A stretch of 64,000 nt of DNA, taken from the NCBI RefSeq assembly GCF_009914755.1, contig NC_060930.1; one strand, written 5' to 3'. Both the position numbers and the translations under genes were made by a program. This DNA is from the human T2T-CHM13v2.0 reference genome, Homo sapiens. Under the pieces are notes generated by a model that was not told where the DNA came from, searched no databases, and was given only the letters and a program-made list of their open reading frames with translations. Numbering within the stretch: the stretch's first letter is position 1; each line of letters opens with the position of its first letter. Of this stretch, positions 44,683 through 63,335 are shown one piece after another.

Positions 44683-45299
44683 GTAATTCAATACCATAAA
44701 TTCTCCTTTGTAATATTTTACCTACAAAGGGGAGTATTTGTTTATTTATTTAAAAAAATCACAAAGGTCAGTTTTTTTGCATGGCAAAACTTAAAATACT
44801 CCAAGATTCTGAAGATGTGCCTCTAATTTTGTTCGTGACACTGTGACTGAAGGAACAAGAGACTTAGAGGCAGTTTTTCTAGAACATGATTCTTAATTCA
44901 AACTGTGGTGTGAATTTGACTCTGTAGTTTCTTTGTGTTAAGTAAACTTATAATTGATTAAAATGTATTGATTTAAGGAAATTGAGCAGAAATGACAATG
45001 ATTGAGTTTGAATATAACAATCCTATCAGACAGCTAAATAAGATTGGTTATTTTCCACATTACATAAGCTGTGTTTGTATCTTGTCTATCTTATCATTAT
45101 TTGCCTTCGCTCTCACTGTCAGAAAGTTTGCTATCATTTTTTATCCCTCCATATTTTTATCAGTTTCACCTATCTTCAGAATCCTTCCACATTTTTAGAA
45201 ACCTTTCATATTTGTTAAAGCACCACTATTTAAATGTTGCTTTTGATAAATTAAAAATGAAGGGAAATAAAATTAAAACTAGATTTTATTTCATTTTAA

Positions 45300-47070
45300 A
45301 TTAAGCAAAAATAAGGAAATCATCCTACCAAGGAAATAAAAGAAATTGTCCTATCAGGTATTATGATTTATGGTAATGAATAGAGTGCAATATAGAAATA
45401 AGAGTAGGAATAGACAAATTGACAATAAAACAATATAGAAAGCTCAGAACAGATGCATGTGCATGCATGGTATCGTTACATAATTGATGTGGTATGGCAA
45501 AACTCTGATGAGAAGAGAGATTCTTGTTTATTCATATTCAAAAAATAGTTGTTTTCCTATGAAATGCCATATCCCAAAACGATTTCAGATTGACAAAAGA
45601 TAATTTTCTAAAGTTAGAATAATACATAGAAAAATATCTTTAAAATCTTGATCCTCCGAAATAATGCCTAAAGAAGCCATTTAAATTTCTGCAATTAAAA
45701 AAAGTTATAGATAAATTTGTCTGCGTGGAAATTAAGTACTTCTGTTCATCAGATAACAAAAGGAGAATCAAAAGACAAGCTACAGAGTGGAAACATATTA
45801 ATAAAATATACTACTGATAAATAATTAATGTTCAGTATGTATAAACAATTTCTAAAAATCAGTAAAAAAATACAAAAAAATGAGACAAAAGAGATAAGTG
45901 GGTTTTTTTTTCAGATAGAGAAATAGCAATGACCAATAAACATATGAGTATGTACAACTTTATTGATAATCAGATAAATGCAACTTGACATCAGAACAAG
46001 ATAACACTTTATATCCACTCGGATGTACAAAAATTGTGAGAATAAATCAAGTTCCATGAACAAATAGTTCCTAGAACATAGCAGAACTCAATTGTTAATG
46101 TTGAGCAAATGAATAAATAAGAACTCTCATACAGTTTATATGAGAGTATATACAGCTATGACTGTTTTTGAAAATAATTTGAAATTAAATAGTGAAGTTG
46201 AATATTATATACCCTATGGCCCAATGACCCAAGAATTTTATGTCTCTGCCTGTATGTGTGTGTGTCCTGTGTAGATGTACCAAGCAACATGTATGAAATT
46301 GTTGTTGGCATTATATTAGCATTACAAACAGACTAAAAAAATCAAATTTTTGTTAATGGGACATTGTATAAACCATTGAATTATATATTTATTAGGGTAT
46401 AATTACCAAAAGAAATGTAGCGGTCAAAATAAAGGTACTGCAACTACATGGAAAAACGTTAATGTAACATTGAAATATATCATTGAAAAGAAAGCAAATT
46501 GTGGAAGTCTGCTTATACTCTGATTCTATTTTGATGAAAGTCAAAATCATGCAAAATGAATAAATGTTGTCTTGTAATATATGCGTCAGGAAAAAAAGCT
46601 TGTAGGAAATCAGTGAATTATAAGACAACTTAGGATGCTAGTTTTCAGTGTTGGTAGAGGCTGTGAGGAGATGGAGGAAGCCCAGAGGTAGATTCGTTAG
46701 TATCAATAATATCTAAGTTCTAATAAGAACACATGGACACAGGAAGGGGAACATCACACACTGGGGCCTGTTGTGGGGTGGGGGGAGGGGGAAGGGATAG
46801 CATTAGGAGATATACCTAATGTTAAATGATTAGTTAATGGGTGCAGCACACCAACATGGCACATGTATACATATGTAACAAACCTGCACGTGCACAAGTA
46901 CCCTAAAACTTAAAGTATAATAAAAATAAAAGCAGCTACCAATATCTAATTATGAAAATAATAATAATAATATCTAAGTTCTTAAATTGGAACATGGGTG
47001 TTCACTTTTTTATGTTCATAATTGCATATCATGCATATATTGCTTACTGTGAACAAAATATAACATAATA
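45300..47070 (+). mobile_element. Highly decayed L1ME ORF2 end and 3'UTR
   Basis: L1 3' motifs (aaaagacaagctacagagtgg; aaatgcaac; gaactctcatac; aaagcaaattg). Confidence 0.6.
46722..46965 (+). mobile_element. Short L1PA (about PA5) 3' end with 23 bp of extra 3' sequence
   Basis: 17-bp TSD aataatatctaagttct (46705-46721 / 46966-46982). Confidence 0.92.
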
Positions 47071-47200
47071 AAATGATTTAATACATGGGGAGCTCTTAGG
47101 ACTATGGCATTTACTTAATGTGTGATAATTTTGTTATTGGGTATTAAAAGCATGTTGATATTTTATTTATATTTCTCCTAAAATAATGAATCTACAATGA

Positions 47201-48710
<1,510 letters not shown>

Positions 48711-49385
48711 ATAAATTCATGTGTTTTGGGTTTTTTGTTTTTGCTAGCTCACCAATGTTTGTTGACAATGACTAATATTCATATGCTTGGAAAATGCTTG
48801 AGAATATATCTACATTGATTTGTAACTTAGACTATCATATAAAAATATAATAGTATCAATATTTTTTCAAATGAGTGCAAAATTTTATTTATAAGAATGA
48901 GTTGTTCAAGTTACAGTCTACTCACTTTTACTATTTATTTTCTTTTTAAAAATGAAAGATAGACTTAAACGCATTTAAAACCTTGTCATTTAAATTTTAA
49001 TATTGTTTCCATAATACATTTTGGTCTCATGATTAATTCATTCAACAAATAAATGTGAAAACACATAAAAAGGAAAATAATATTAGAAAAATTTTGGAGC
49101 ATATAATCAATGCATTGAATGTAGGTTCATTTCATTAAAATGTAACTCAGCACACATGTGTAATAGTTTCATTGCTTTTGATATTTTGCCACTTAAATAA
49201 TTTTTAAAGATATAGATCATCAGGGAATTTCTCCAAGTGATTTAATGATTGTTAATTTGCAGATGGTTACATTTTCTGTCTCCTGCATGTCCAGAAATGT
49301 ATTCTTTCAATTTGAGCCATAAATACTTTTTAATTGCAAAAGACATACAAAGTATAACTAATGCTCCAGCCTAACATTTACATAA

Positions 49386-49727
49386 TGTGTTAGTCCATTT
49401 AGGTTAAATAATAGACCACCACATAGATTGGGTGGTTTATAACAACAGGAACTTATTTCATACACTTCTGGGGACTGGGAACCCCAAGATCAAGATGCCA
49501 GTAGATACAATTTACAATTTGTGGTAAAGGCTTGCTTCTTCATTCGTAAATGACATCTTTTAGCTGTGTCCTCACATGGCTGAAGTGGTGCAGGATCTCT
49601 CTGTAAGTCTTTTATTAGGATACTAATCCCATTCATGAGTGCTCTACCCTAATCACCTCCCAAAAGCCCCACCTCTAAATACATCACATCTGGGGTTAAC
49701 TTTTGACATATTAATTTAAGGGAACTC
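49386..49727 (-). mobile_element. MLT1A/MSTD-type MaLR LTR, one terminus missing
   Basis: tgtgttagtccatt...agctgtgtcctcacatggc...ctaatcccattcatgag...atcacctcccaaaagccccacctc. Confidence 0.8.
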
Positions 49728-49728
49728 T

Positions 49729-50150
49729 TGTGCATAAATAATGTTTTCTTTTAATGCAGTGCTTAGATACTGCTGTAACAGAGTCAGGTTTTCCTTCAAT
49801 ATTAATCCACACTAAAATTAAATAATTGTCAATCCTATTTCTTCAAAAACAAATAAATATACAAGGCAGATACTAGCCACTGTTATTTTTAAATGGTGAT
49901 ACCATTTCTTATATGCTACTATTCTCACAGTTTCATCATTGATGCTAATATTGTAGTTAAAACTACAAGAAAATTAATAACATGATTTTGATAACTAAGT
50001 AGAAATCTCTGTTTAGAACATTGCTTTTCAAAACAGATAATACCGCCCTATTGGGGTGTTTCAGAAATTTGTGCAGGATATTGTTGGAACAATATGCACT
50101 CAGTAAGGCAGAGAGCCAAGGATGCTCGCCATGGAGGGACAAGGAAAAAT
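49729..50150 (+). repeat. Copy 1 of a ~420-bp local direct duplication
   Basis: Aligns by eye to 51343-51752 at roughly 80% identity. Confidence 0.9.
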
Positions 50151-50706
50151 GGTCCTCTATCCCATATGACTTATAAATGGCCACTGAACAATTTTTGCAT
50201 GTGTAAAAAATATAACGGTTTTAGTCTATAATCTAACTCTAGTTTGCATATAAACACAAAGGATTTGCAAACACATTTTAAGAGGGAAGTCTAAATGCTG
50301 TGTAAATCAAGAAATTGTACTTTTTGGAAGTAACTCAGCACTTTATCAAGAATTCTTTTGCACTTCTTTTTCTCATGCTTCCCATAGCAATATTGCTCAT
50401 GATATTTTAGCTTCCAAAAAAACTCTACCAGTGTGTATTTGTAGCTGTTGCATTCTTTTATACAAATGCAAACACTCAACTATTTTATTTTCTAGTGTAG
50501 TTATACCTGAAAATTTTGTACTGAAATTTTCTAGTATAGTTATACCTGAACATTTATGTATTAAAAGCCTTCTTCTTTATATCATAGTCAGCATTGTATT
50601 GATTTTTGAGTGACTGTTATTTGTGTGGATTGGTTATATTATCTATGCATTCTATTTCATGATTTAAAAGAGAGGACTGGGAATGGTAAGGTTAAGAAGC
50701 ACTGCA
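50020..50706. mobile_element. Probable old hAT-Charlie DNA transposon
   Basis: cattgcttttcaaa ... aaggttaagaagcactg resembles CAGTGCTTCTCAA-type TIRs, with ntagan target-like flanks. Confidence 0.5.
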
Positions 50707-51124
50707 TTAGAGGCCACATTAGATGATGACGATCAATAGAAAAATTATTTCTTTAATGCCTACTGCATTCTAAGTTCCTTCTGGGAAACTGAAAAGCCAT
50801 CAACGCAAGTCTTTATGGACCAAATGCTTTGTTGAGCTAGTTTTTACAACACATTTTAAAAACTTGTGAGTACAATTTTTATTATATGGTTATTTTAAAT
50901 CAGTATTACTGTTACCTATAAATATTAAGGGAGATTTAAAAATAAATGATATGTAATAGCAACTTTCAAGAACTTGAACTTAAGGGACACTTGTTTGTTA
51001 CAAAAAATAAAATATCATACTCTGATGAACACCGTATAGAGTCATGAACAAGTGCCAAGTAACATAGAGTTGACTGACTGGCTTTAGTTTATAATGGAAG
51101 TGACCCTAGTTCTAGCCCTTGTAG

Positions 51125-51242
51125 ATGGTAGAACCACAGAATATAGACATGGGGATGTGCCTTTGAAGTAGTAGGAAAAATACAGCCTTCAGAAAGATAT
51201 GTTCATTAAAGGGAATGCAGCCTGGTGTTGATGAAACATACG
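51125..51242 (+). pseudogene. Candidate exon (phase 0 to 1)
   Basis: ttctagcccttgtag| MVEPQNIDMGMCL*SSRKNTAFRKICSLKGMQPGVDETY g|gtgact (alternative donor at 51259). Confidence 0.45.
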
Positions 51243-51342
51243 GTGACTGAGTTCAGAAAGTAAAAAAATTGAAGTAGTATAATGAAAAATAAGATAAGAT
51301 ATTAGCACTAACAAGATATAAATAATATTGTACACAAGAATA

Positions 51343-51752
51343 TGTACATAAATATTTTCTTTTAATGTTATGCTTAGATACTGCTGTATCAGAGTCAGAT
51401 TTTCCTCCAATATTAATCCACAATAAAATAAAATTATTTCCATGCTGTTTCTTTAAAAACAAATAAATATACAAAGAGAGATATTAGCCATTGATACTTT
51501 TTAAATGGTGATACCATTTCTTATACTTTACTCTTCTCACAATTTCATCATTGATGGTAATATTGTAGGTAAAACTAAAAAGAATTAAATTGAATAACAT
51601 GATTATTATAACTAGAATAAATAGAAATCCCTGTTTAGAACACTGATTTTCAAATGGATAATACTGCCTTGTGTAGGAGATTTTTGAGACAATCTGCAAT
51701 CAGTACAGCAGACAGCCAAGGATGCTCTCCATGGAGGGACAAGGAAGAACTG
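51343..51752 (+). repeat. Copy 2 of the ~420-bp local direct duplication
   Basis: Shares tgcttagatactgctgta, tttaaatggtgataccatttctta and gccaaggatgctc..ccatggagggacaagga with copy 1. Confidence 0.9.
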
Positions 51753-51838
51753 GAACAATAAGATTAGAAGATGTTAGAGATAACAAAAAAGCTATAAAAG
51801 GTTTAGAGGTGATTCACAAACTTGTGATAAAGAAAGCC

Positions 51839-51905
51839 ATGATGGATAGATAGATAGATAGATGGATAGATAGATAGATACAATATAGATATAGATAGAT
51901 GATAC
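51839..51905. repeat. (GATA)n microsatellite
   Basis: Direct inspection. Confidence 0.95.
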
Positions 51906-53580
51906 AGACATGTGTGTATGTGTGTGCATGACTATTATTTTCAGGATCTGGAATGTTGAAAATCAATATTGTTACTTTATTAACCAAAACACATTAGTCA
52001 TTGGCTTTCTTCTCTTTTTGGCCCCTAAGTCTCTGCTGTCATACTTTAATGATTGCTGTTATAAAATCTGTTGTAGTTTAGACATTCATATGCTTTTTCA
52101 CTGTACTGTGCTCTCCTTGAATATAAGTATGATATGAGTTGTTTTACATAATTTATCACACATGAAACTGATACTTAATGGATGTTTGAATAAATGAATA
52201 CTGGGGTAAATGAATTATTACTATTGATAATATTAAATTACAACATTCGGAACTTAGGATTATTATTTTTTATCCAATGTATTAAATATACATGATCTTA
52301 TCATCATTCACAATTATTTTCAAAGTATGTCGTTGTCCATTTCAACAGACTTGACACTGTTCAGTAAATCTCATTAAATTGTAATTTATTTTTATATATC
52401 AGTTGAGTCAAATAAGTTGTGGAACTTTGAGATATTAGAACCTCATTCATCACCAGTAGTGCTGCACACACACACACACACACACATATACATACAAAGT
52501 ACAGATAGAGGCATTTGAGTGTATATATGAAAAACTTTTGTTAGTGCCAAAATGCTTTTATTCTGATGTGTTGAATTGATACAAATAAAAAATTCTTTTC
52601 TTAAACATTCATTTTTGCATTCATTTACCATATTTATAACATTCCAACTTTTATTTTTGTCATGTTTTGTTTGGGAAATATAGCAGAAATTTTGTAACAT
52701 TTGAAAAGTAAATTGAAGTATTTAAAGAACAACTTGCCAATATCATAAAAATTTTAAATTTTTCATAACTTTTCATTCAATATTTTTACTTCTAGAAATT
52801 TATCCAACAGATGCACTCACGCAGTAGCTAGCTAGCTACATAGATAGATATAGAGTTAGGTAGATACAGGCATTATCTTGGCATGGTTTATAAGCATGAA
52901 AAATTTCTGTGGCCTAAATGCCCTTTTATTTGAGACTGGATAAATGAATTTTTGTATATACAAACATTACAATAATATTTAGTGGTTTAAATTAAAGAGG
53001 TTGATCTATATTACTCTAAATGGAAAAAATACTCATTTTTGTTATTTAGCTAAAAAATTAATCAAGTTTCAAACAAAATACAGAGTAGCTCTCATTTATG
53101 AAAGAAAAAAAAGAAAATAAACATTCTGGAAGAATGCACACCAATGTGAGTTCACTTTAATTTCTTCTAGAGAACAAAATTAGTCATTCCAATGAATAGG
53201 GAGAAAATTAATATCCCTCATTATGATTCAGTTCATTAAAATAAACATACATTAACTTTACAATTAAAGTATCTGACAGAATATGACAGTGTAACCAGGC
53301 AAGAATTTGCCAAGCCTTCCCTAAAATGTAGTGTACTTTGAACACAAAAATATGCCTTTAAAACTACATTCTGTGTTCAAGTTGTCAAAAGTGAATAATA
53401 TTTATAATTTAAAGTGACCCAATATGAATAAGAGATATATGAAGTTAATGTGATATTTGAGTTAGAAAATTATTTCAAACTATCCTCCATTGGTCTGTTA
53501 AAAAAATAAAAAAGTACTAGGAATGAAGAATGAAATTGACTGACTTGAAAGTCTCACCATTTTTACCCCCTTCTGACTAG

Positions 53581-53688
53581 CTGTGATGGAGATGCCTGAT
53601 GACTTGGTGAAGTACCCAGAAGGCAGGAAGCAGGGAACAAGCCAAAAAGCTAAAACTATAAGCCATGAGCATACTGGGCAGTTGAGAG
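53581..53688 (+). pseudogene. Candidate exon, fully open (108 bp, phase 1-1)
   Basis: ttttacccccttctgactag| (A)VMEMPDDLVKYPEGRKQGTSQKAKTISHEHTGQLR g|gtgatg. Confidence 0.5.
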
Positions 53689-54120
53689 GTGATGATTCAT
53701 ATTAAAAATGCAAGATAAATGCTAAAAATCACGATTTAATATCCCAATGTTTGTCCCAACTGATCAGTTTTCCTAGAGCTGATTCATAATGTCCTTTCAG
53801 ATTTATGTGATTTCAGAAACCCTATCAAATTATACATATGTATTCTACTTCAATAGAATTTATTCTAGTTCTAAAAATTTGTAATGAAAATTTTCTTCTT
53901 TTTAATGTAAACCGTTTTTAAGGAATGACTCATAGTTTTCAGAACTGTTAATGTAATTGCTATTATATTTTTAAGATAAACTCTTTGGGAGAAAACGCTA
54001 TTTAAAGAAAATAGCTTAAAAATCTATTCATGTTGAGAAACAGCTATACATGGCTTGGCTAAACAACATTTGTAGTATAAAAGCCACTATGAAAACTTCC
54101 TCAAATCATTTACCTAAAAG

Positions 54121-54213
54121 AGCCTAGTCATTCTCTGGATGTGTCAAAAGATCACAACACCAAAAGCTCTTTAGAGCTGCCTGCCCATTACTCAATTATC
54201 CCTTAGCGGGATG
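54121..54213 (+). pseudogene. Candidate exon (93 bp, phase 1-1)
   Basis: Weak acceptor tttacctaaaag|; (E)PSHSLDVSKDHNTKSSLELPAHYSIIP*RD g|gtaact. Confidence 0.4.
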
Positions 54214-54343
54214 GTAACTACATCATAGATGACAGCTTAACTCTATTTTCCACAACATGATAGTTTATAAAATTACTGTCTATGCTATAGCATTTCTGTT
54301 TGATTTATGTCCAGCCTGAGGCATAAAATCTGTTTCCTTCCAG

Positions 54344-54620
54344 GAGGAAATTATGCTTTCTTGAATAGAAAGAGTAGATGACAACCATAAAATAACTGAT
54401 TTATCCCCCTTCCCCAATTACCTACATTCTTTATTTCTAACAAAAACATAAAGAATAAGGAGATGCTAATGTTTCTAGTTTTGGTAAATGAGATTTAGTT
54501 TCTTAGTTGATTTGCTGGACACATGTGCTTCTAAACTTTATACCATAGCCAGTGTTTGTCCAGAAATTAAAATGTAGAGCTAGAAGAGAAAATGAATAAA
54601 TCTCAACTTTGTTATTCAGC
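54344..54620 (+). pseudogene. Candidate terminal exon with stop and polyA signal
   Basis: ctgtttccttccag| (G)GNYAFLNRKSR* (TGA 54379-54381); AATAAA at 54595-54600. Confidence 0.35.
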
Positions 54621-54874
54621 CCATTTTTATGCCATTGTCCCTTTTATGAAACACTTAACCATTTTTTGATGTGTGCAACTTAGTGAGTAATGATGTTTAA
54701 AACTGACCTTGGCAGGTCACAGGTTAACTCAATTTCCATTTACTCACATATAAGAAATTTTCCCACTTAAACAAAATAAGAAGAGCAAGGAGGAATTGTT
54801 TTTAAAAGTATGTCAATACATGGTATGGGAACACAAGTAAAACAGTCTTATAAGAAATTAAAGAAAAAGTATAA

Positions 54875-58940
<4,066 letters not shown>

Positions 58941-58944
58941 TTAT

Positions 58945-59170
58945 CTGTCAATAATATAGACAGATATAGACAGATAATATAGACAGATATAGAGATATGA
59001 TAGGTAGGTAGATAGGTAGATATGTAGGTAGATAGGCAGGTAGATAAACAGATAATATAGATAGATACAGACAGATGATAGGTAGATAGGTAAATAGGTA
59101 GGTAGATAGGTAGATAGGTAGGTAGATAGGTAGGTAGATAGATAAATAGGTTGATAGATAGACATAGACT
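58945..59170. repeat. Compound (TAGA)n/(TAGG)n repeat
   Basis: Direct inspection. Confidence 0.95.
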
Positions 59171-62100
59171 GAACATTCTGGTTATTCAAAAGTTTATGGA
59201 TGTAACTTACATAGAATTTCTTTTTGAGCCACTGTCTTTGTATTTATAGCTGAACTAAATGTATGGTTTCATCTCTCTTGTAAAGTATTCTGGTAGATAA
59301 ATACGAATGAACAAAGCCATAACTATAATGACAAAAGAATATCATGAAACTAAATATTTAATGGGATATGGATATTTGTTCTATGCTTAATAAGAAATAT
59401 CCCTTTTCTGTTTAATGAGCAGTATATTCCTTTAATATATGTACATTCTAGTCATGTTATGATATTGTTGTATTGAACAAACAATTTTATTATCTATGTA
59501 TGAATATACTGTGAATGTGCTAGTTTTGTGCCAAAACCAATATACCATACATAATTGGTGCATTATGCTTATTCTGACAGAAGCTACCATTACCAGTACT
59601 GTATAGTCTTAATAAACTTAAGAAACATGTATTGTCAAAAACTGAAAATTCTTGAAAATAATTAAGATATATAATCACCAAAATAAATAATAATGGGGGT
59701 ATTTATTCAGCCCACTCATTGGTAGTAACTAAATGTTTCAAAATATAGAAAAGAAAACTTTATGTTCCAATAATTTATATTTAATATTTATGTAAAGCTT
59801 ACCCTGAAACAAACAAGTTAATTAGCGTGATCAAAGCAAATCATCAATAAAAATAGCTAATGCTGAAGTTTTTATGGATTTCTGCATATGCCCAGTAGAT
59901 TCAAGGTTTTGAAGTTCATGAAAAAGCCAGGAAAGAGTCCCTTTGTTTTCTTGTGACTTGAGGCATACTTATGAATTTGATCCTTTCTCCTTTTTTTTCC
60001 TTAGTAGGTAGTGATTGGTATTTATGAAGCAGATATTAAGGTGCTAGTAGCACTTTTAAGTTGCTGAATATCTCAGAAAAAATGTTTCATATTTAAAATA
60101 TGGAGATAATTTGAGTCAGATTTTTCATAGAGAAAAAAATAAGAATTTTTGTCTTGATGGATATTCTTGCTGGAATTTGGTTTGGTTTGATTTTAATTTA
60201 AAAATAGTCAACATCAGTTTAACAGGCCTGACTTGTAGTACAGAAATAATATGATCCAAAGAATAATTTTAGTGAGGCAGAAATTATGACACTTTTGTAA
60301 CATTTGTTCAAGACCTAAAATTGCATACTTATTTTAGTTCCACAGATAATTGATAAGAATCTGTCATGATGAGAATCTTCCAATAAAAAGATAAATTTAA
60401 TTGACAAAGTTTGGTTGTATAGTTTATTTTCCAGAGGCATTGTGGATATAGTTGAGGCAATTTTTTGGATGAACCTCTCACAACCCATTTGTTTCAACAG
60501 AAATATATAGGAAATATCCTACAAGTACTATCTGTGTTTATTATATTGCTTAGATAGAGGAGGAAAAAACACAAATATCAAGTTGGTTTATTCATGACAG
60601 ATGTTGTAATGGGGAAAAAAGAAAAGCAATAACCTTGCAGTGGTCTGCAACTGCTGACCCAATCACCGGATTGTTGTAATACCTACACTTATTAAAATTT
60701 GTCTCATCATGTAAAATAAAGCAGTTGGACCAATAAGTGTTACGCCCCATTTATAATAAGCTGGTCTTAGGGGTTAGTAAGCCAGAAGAAAGTCAGTCCC
60801 ATTGCGTATGTTATCAGCTTGGGGTTGAAAACCTTAAGGAGAGAGCTCTGCATCTAATGATACCTGGGATGCAATAAGATCATTATTCTTGCAGCCCACA
60901 GAGTGGTCCTGTGGCAGTGCACATCTTTACTGTTTGGAAGATAAGCAGAGATTTCAATCATTCATTTGGTTATGTTTTGAAACAAAAAAAGAAGGCTAAG
61001 AATTAAGCAGCTGGCTCCAGGAAGAATACTAATTAATATTCATTGTTGTCCATAACCTTAGAAAGAACATTCAAATCCTGAGAGAGTTTTATCCTAATGA
61101 AGGGTAAGAGATTAAGTTGTGCCAGTTGTTTTTTTTAATTTTGACAGTAAGCACGACATATGTGTATGTGAGTCTCTGTGTGTGTGTGTTTGTGTAAAAG
61201 CTGGTATTAACAAAAATTTGGTTATGATTATGATAATTAGAAAATAAAGTTTGGAACCAGTATCTATGTGTTCTAAAGCTCACTCTACCACTTGCCATTT
61301 TAAGTTGGAATGATAGAAATGAGGCTGTTGTAAGAATGAAAATATTTAGTGTATTTAAGATAGGATGGTCTTTGTCACATAGTAAACACAGTACTAGTTA
61401 GATGTAGTATAGGTAGAAAATATTAAGCTACATTTTCCCCTGCCTATTTTATTTTGGTTAAATCAGTAGTATTTAAAACAAAAATAAACTGAAATAAGAA
61501 CCCAGCAATTTTTGGATTCTGTGAATTGACCATTTCTATCCTGTCTTCTTTGTGTTAGCATAAGCATTTCGATATACATTAAACAAGGATAAGTCTTTGA
61601 TGCTAAATCAGTCTTCCTCACATTTTCTAGGAAAAATCATCATTGATGTGCATGTTTTATTCAAATATATCTTCTAGGAAGCTACTACCACTGATTTTGA
61701 ATCCAGCACCTGCTAGGTGAAGACTCAGCCTTCAAATATTTTGGGAAAAAAGTTGATAAATTATGTACAAATGCATATACACAAATATATGTATACGTTT
61801 AAGAAAAGTAAACTTTGTCATGCAGACATAAAATTTTAAAAAGTGGATTGTTTCAGTACATGCTTTTTAATTAGAATGACTTGCCAGTGATAAGCATTTT
61901 AGTTATGAGAGCTAGAGTGAGGGGGAAAATCTTAAAGACGCTACCTTAAGTGTCATTCTCTCACCTCGACTGCAACCACTTCAGAGACATTCTACTTTCC
62001 TCTACCATGGATTTCTGAAATGTCATTGTACACAAGTGGTAAGATTGTTTTTAATCACATACCTAAACACATTTAGAACTTCTAATTATTACCTAAATGT

Positions 62101-62259
62101 CCATTTGTTTGGCAACCACATTAACAATGTATAAATGTTTATCAAATAGGGCTTCTCAAACTATCTGTAGATAAGGGCCCTTTTTAAAATTTACAATTAA
62201 TCATAGATTGACACGTTTGTAAAAGTGAATGAGTATGAATGACTAGAAAAATGAATTTA

Positions 62260-62550
62260 AGAAAACAGAAGCCAATCACAAAATATCACATGTTGTATGT
62301 TTTCAATCACATGAAATGTCTGGGATAAACAGAGACAGAATGGAGCTTAGTGGGTTGTCTATGACTAGAGGCAGACTGGACAGTAGCTGCTAATGGGTAC
62401 TGGGTTTATTTTCAGGGTGATAAAAATGTTGCAAAATTAGATTGTGGCGATGGCTGTAGAAATCTGTAAATATGCTAAAAACTAGTAATTAATACACTTT
62501 AAGTGGGTACAATTTATATGTTATATCTAAATAAGACTGTTTTTTAAAAA
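62260..62550 (+). mobile_element. L1MB-type 3'UTR fragment inside probable DNA-transposon sequence
   Basis: ctgctaatgggtactgggtttattttcagggtgataaaaatgttgcaaaattagattgtggcgatggctg. Confidence 0.7.
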
Positions 62551-62747
62551 GACATGCAAAACACAAAGACAATGTTTTTATTACTGAACTCAAAAGATGA
62601 CAGATTACATTTCAATAAATATAATAAAACAAACATGACAGGCTTGGGAAAAAGGAACAATGGTAATTATACACGGCATTAAATAGGACATTTTTCAGAT
62701 TGTTGAGCAAGAAATTAAGTATAGATTATAATACTTTCACTTTTGTA

Positions 62748-63335
62748 TTCATTCAACAAATGATTGAGATACCTATGTGAAAGTTTCTAGATCTTGAGGA
62801 TAAATAAAATTTAAACATTCACCAAAGTGAAGAAAGATATTAAACAATACTTTTATATGTAAATAATATATATACTGGCATTGTACAACAAGTACTGTAA
62901 AGGAAAATTACAGGTAGTTAAGGAAGCACAATGTAAAAGGAAATAGTTTAGGCTGGGAGGGGCAGTGTTGGTATAGGAGAAAGGGAGTTTGAAACATTTA
63001 TCAATCAGTCAAAATTAACCAGATGAGGAGAGAGATTCCAACAGAAGCACTGGCTTGAGTAAATGCTTTGAGATTAAAACAAACAAACAAACAAAATCAT
63101 GCCCTATTCAGAGAACTGAGACAGTCCCTCTGTGAAGGTATATTGTGAATGAGGGAAGATAATTCTAGGTGAGGCCAGAGTAGTTGGAAGGAAACAGGCT
63201 ATTTCCTTTGTTTACCACAACATAGATTTTGAATTTTAACCTGAGTACAATTGCAGTAGTAGAAAAGTCCATTTTGATCCACTTTACAGTTTCAAAGATC
63301 ACTGGCAGTTATCTGGAGAATGGACTAGGAGGGGA
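62748..63335 (-). mobile_element. LINE-2 3' fragment
   Basis: ttcattcaacaaatgattgagatacctatgtg...aaagatcactggcag...tggagaatggact. Confidence 0.7.
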
